A DNA stretch of 63,933 nt, counting the filler, from Lenisia limosa (Eukaryota > Protista > Breviatea), in assembly GCA_001655205.1 (NCBI GenBank). It is 6 parts of 6 records of this genome, joined end to end, with 100 filler letters (N's around TTAATTAATTAA, not from the genome) between each part and the next. Parts side by side here need not be neighbours in the genome. Positions count along the whole stretch, not along the records: positions 49,692 to 63,933 come from LPNZ01009303.1; 5 more parts are not named here. The stretch is one strand, 5' to 3'. Both the position numbers and the translations under genes were made by a program. The notes below the pieces were generated by a model. It searched no databases. It was not told where the DNA came from and saw nothing but the letters and a program-made list of their open reading frames with translations. Shown piece after piece: positions 61,559-63,933 of the stretch. How positions within the stretch are numbered: position 1 is the stretch's first letter; every line of letters begins with the position of its first letter.

Positions 61559-63933
61559 GCCTCGTTCGTCCCTCGGAAAATAAACCAGAAATCCTGCAAT
61601 GCCATATCTCCGAGGGTATGAGCTATATTTTATGTAGTGTCTCTCCCCCCCCCTCTGTTTTTTACACAGTGAGTGGAGTAGTGCTAGTAAGGAGTGCCCT
61701 TGATTTAATGGAGAGGCAGCCTCGGAAAAGAAAAACTAAAATACAGATATACTAACATGTACATAATATATAATATATCATATATGTGGGTCGAGTAAAT
61801 TGGCTTAGCGACTCTAAAACTGAGGATTTTGACCCCTAGTCAAAATCATGTTTTGGTCAATTTTTGGTTGTTTTTGACTTAAATACCTTCTTGTTTGCTT
61901 TTGTATCAAAATGTTCAAAATAAAATGTCGCTAAGACACTTTTTAATGTTTGTATACGGTGTTTGGTGCTATTTCTAGGATATTTAGACCTGTAAAGTGG
62001 CTTAGTGACCTTAAAACTGAGGATTTTGACCCATGTAACTCCCTCTTGCGACTCTCGATCCTCTAGGCTCCTCTAGGCTCCTCCGTCGATTGCGAGAAGT
62101 CACAAATCGCGCCCTCCATCAGTCTCTTCATGAGAAGCTTGTTACTAATGCCACCCCACTCAAGGTATGAATGATTTTGACGTTATCCACAGTTGTGTAA
62201 GGTTACGTTCTCTTCTCTTTATCTTCCAAACTCCATGAGACATCGAGTAAACACTCTAGATACTCATACAAATACTGTGTCAATAAAAAGAAATAACCTC
62301 AGTCCATGGGCTACAACAGGCTCAATTCCAACACTTCCGTCTTCTTTGCAAACAAGATTATCGCCTTCAAGAACATGGATCGCCAGGGCCAAGGACTCCC
62401 CCAACACCTACCACTAAGCTCTCTGCTAAAGGTCAAGCAGAAAGAGATAGATTCTTTCATTCTGAAACAGAAACAAGTCAAAAACATATTTATTAATAAT
62501 ACTAAGAATAAACCAACATTAGAGAGGCTTGGGGGAAGAGCATCCAAGAGGGAGCAAAAGTGAGAGTCAACTAAAGAAGTAAATTATGATACACAATACA
62601 GCATTAGCACTTTAATGCTTCAGAATCCAGGGTTTCAATGAGGAAAAGTCACTCAAACCAGATTATATCCCACTTATGCCCTCTAACATGGTTGCACCAA
62701 CAACCTCAACAGCCTCAGCGCTGTGGAAGTGGTGCACATCGCCTCCAAACGAAGAGACAGTGCCTCCATTTGCGAAAAGACGCTCATTAACTCGCCTAAA
62801 ATTTCTCATAGTAATGCTCGATGTAACAATTTTCATTATAGCAATAAAAGGGAGAGAAAACGAGAAAATATCAATTTGGGGTTGGCAAAAAATGAGAGGT
62901 GCACCACCAGAAAATATGAAAATATTATTCCCTGCTTTTCTGTCATGCTACCTATATAGGACCTTGTCATTTTTATTTTTTATATGTAAGTACATAATAC
63001 AGTAGAGGTTATGCGAAAAAACACTTTGACCCGTAAACTTTGTGCAAGTTTTTTTTGGAAAGTTTTCTAACTGGTTTTTTGAGTTTAGGTTTTTCGAAGA
63101 TTTCCTCCCAAACACAATGTTGTTTTCCTGGATACAAGATGAGAATAAATTTTCGCGAATAAAGACTTGTAAGAAGAGGAGAGTAGAAATTTTGACAGAG
63201 GAAGAACACTTTTGAGTTGGAGATGCGGATGTCGTTGTCACTCTTCTCTTTTTACTGCTCCTAAATCCCCTTGTTGTAATGTTCTAATGTCAATGAAGAT
63301 GTTTTTGCTGAAGAAAGAGACTACTGCCTTGTGAAAAACTCAACGTAGCTCTTGCAAGGATAAATAGGCTTATTAGACAACATACAACTGAAATATATTT
63401 GATATCAAGTAACAAATATTGATTATTGGAAGGGAAATGGAGAAGGAACAACTCCAATACATCCGAGGACAATAAAAACCTGTTTTCAAAATCAGCTTTT
63501 CAGAGACTTTCCTTGCCGGAAGCCTTCGGAAGTGGAAAGTTTTTACTTACCGACAAAGTTAACGGGAGCAAGTTATTTTTTCGCATAACCTCTAGTATAT
63601 TTTCTTTGTCGCATTTTATTGTCATGAAAATTTTGAACGTACTACCTGAAGGAGGTTCCGAGGGCAAAGTGTCCCAAATTACCCAGAGCCGCAACCTTAT
63701 TATTTCTGATGGGGCAAGCGAACTTTTCTTCCACTTCAGCAAGTAGATCACCATCATCATCGGAATTAAAACGATGACCCAGTCTACAGTGTGTATTGAT
63801 GTTACTATTCTTAAAATAAATATAGTACCATATATCTATAATATATGATATATCGATATATCATTTGCGGCCGTTCACAATTCTGGTTTTTCGCTAATTC
63901 TGGTTTTCTCGATTACTTCTGCTTTTTTTTTTT

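Noticed and set aside
62723-62959. ASICEKTLINS...N as a GIY-YIG endonuclease C-terminus
   Set aside because: No GIY/YIG motifs upstream; similarity too weak.
32960-63933. Endogenous giant-virus or prokaryotic insert
   Set aside because: No capsid, packaging ATPase, polB or operon-like intronless ORFs; relics carry spliceosomal introns, and dak is intron-rich.

Overview
Eukaryotic genomic DNA with short canonical GT-AG spliceosomal introns (many 34-60 nt) and the standard code. The dAK-type kinase suggests an amoebozoan protist, but the organism cannot be established from the sequence. The window is not one locus: five 100-bp spacers (44 N + TTAATTAATTAA + 44 N) artificially join six contigs (1-7291, 7392-12790, 12891-29123, 29224-32859, 32960-49591, 49692-63933). 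The left half is gene-rich. It holds a RanBP2-zinc-finger/RD-RE-rich gene, a divergent UPF2-like gene, a membrane-protein gene, CCT2 head-to-head with an RP2/XRP2-like gene, a large coiled-coil gene and a very divergent dynein-heavy-chain-like fragment. The right half is mostly transposon and pseudogene debris around one intact deoxyadenosine-kinase gene: a 143-nt LSU rRNA fragment, a DIRS-type RT/RNase H relic, a RecQ-like helicase relic, Kolobok-type TTAA MITEs and a DIS3-like relic. The most unusual signal is a repeat family that sits in sense orientation at the 3' end of introns of four unrelated genes on four contigs (candidate Introner-like element). All protein assignments come from manual splicing and motif recognition by eye; no searches were run.
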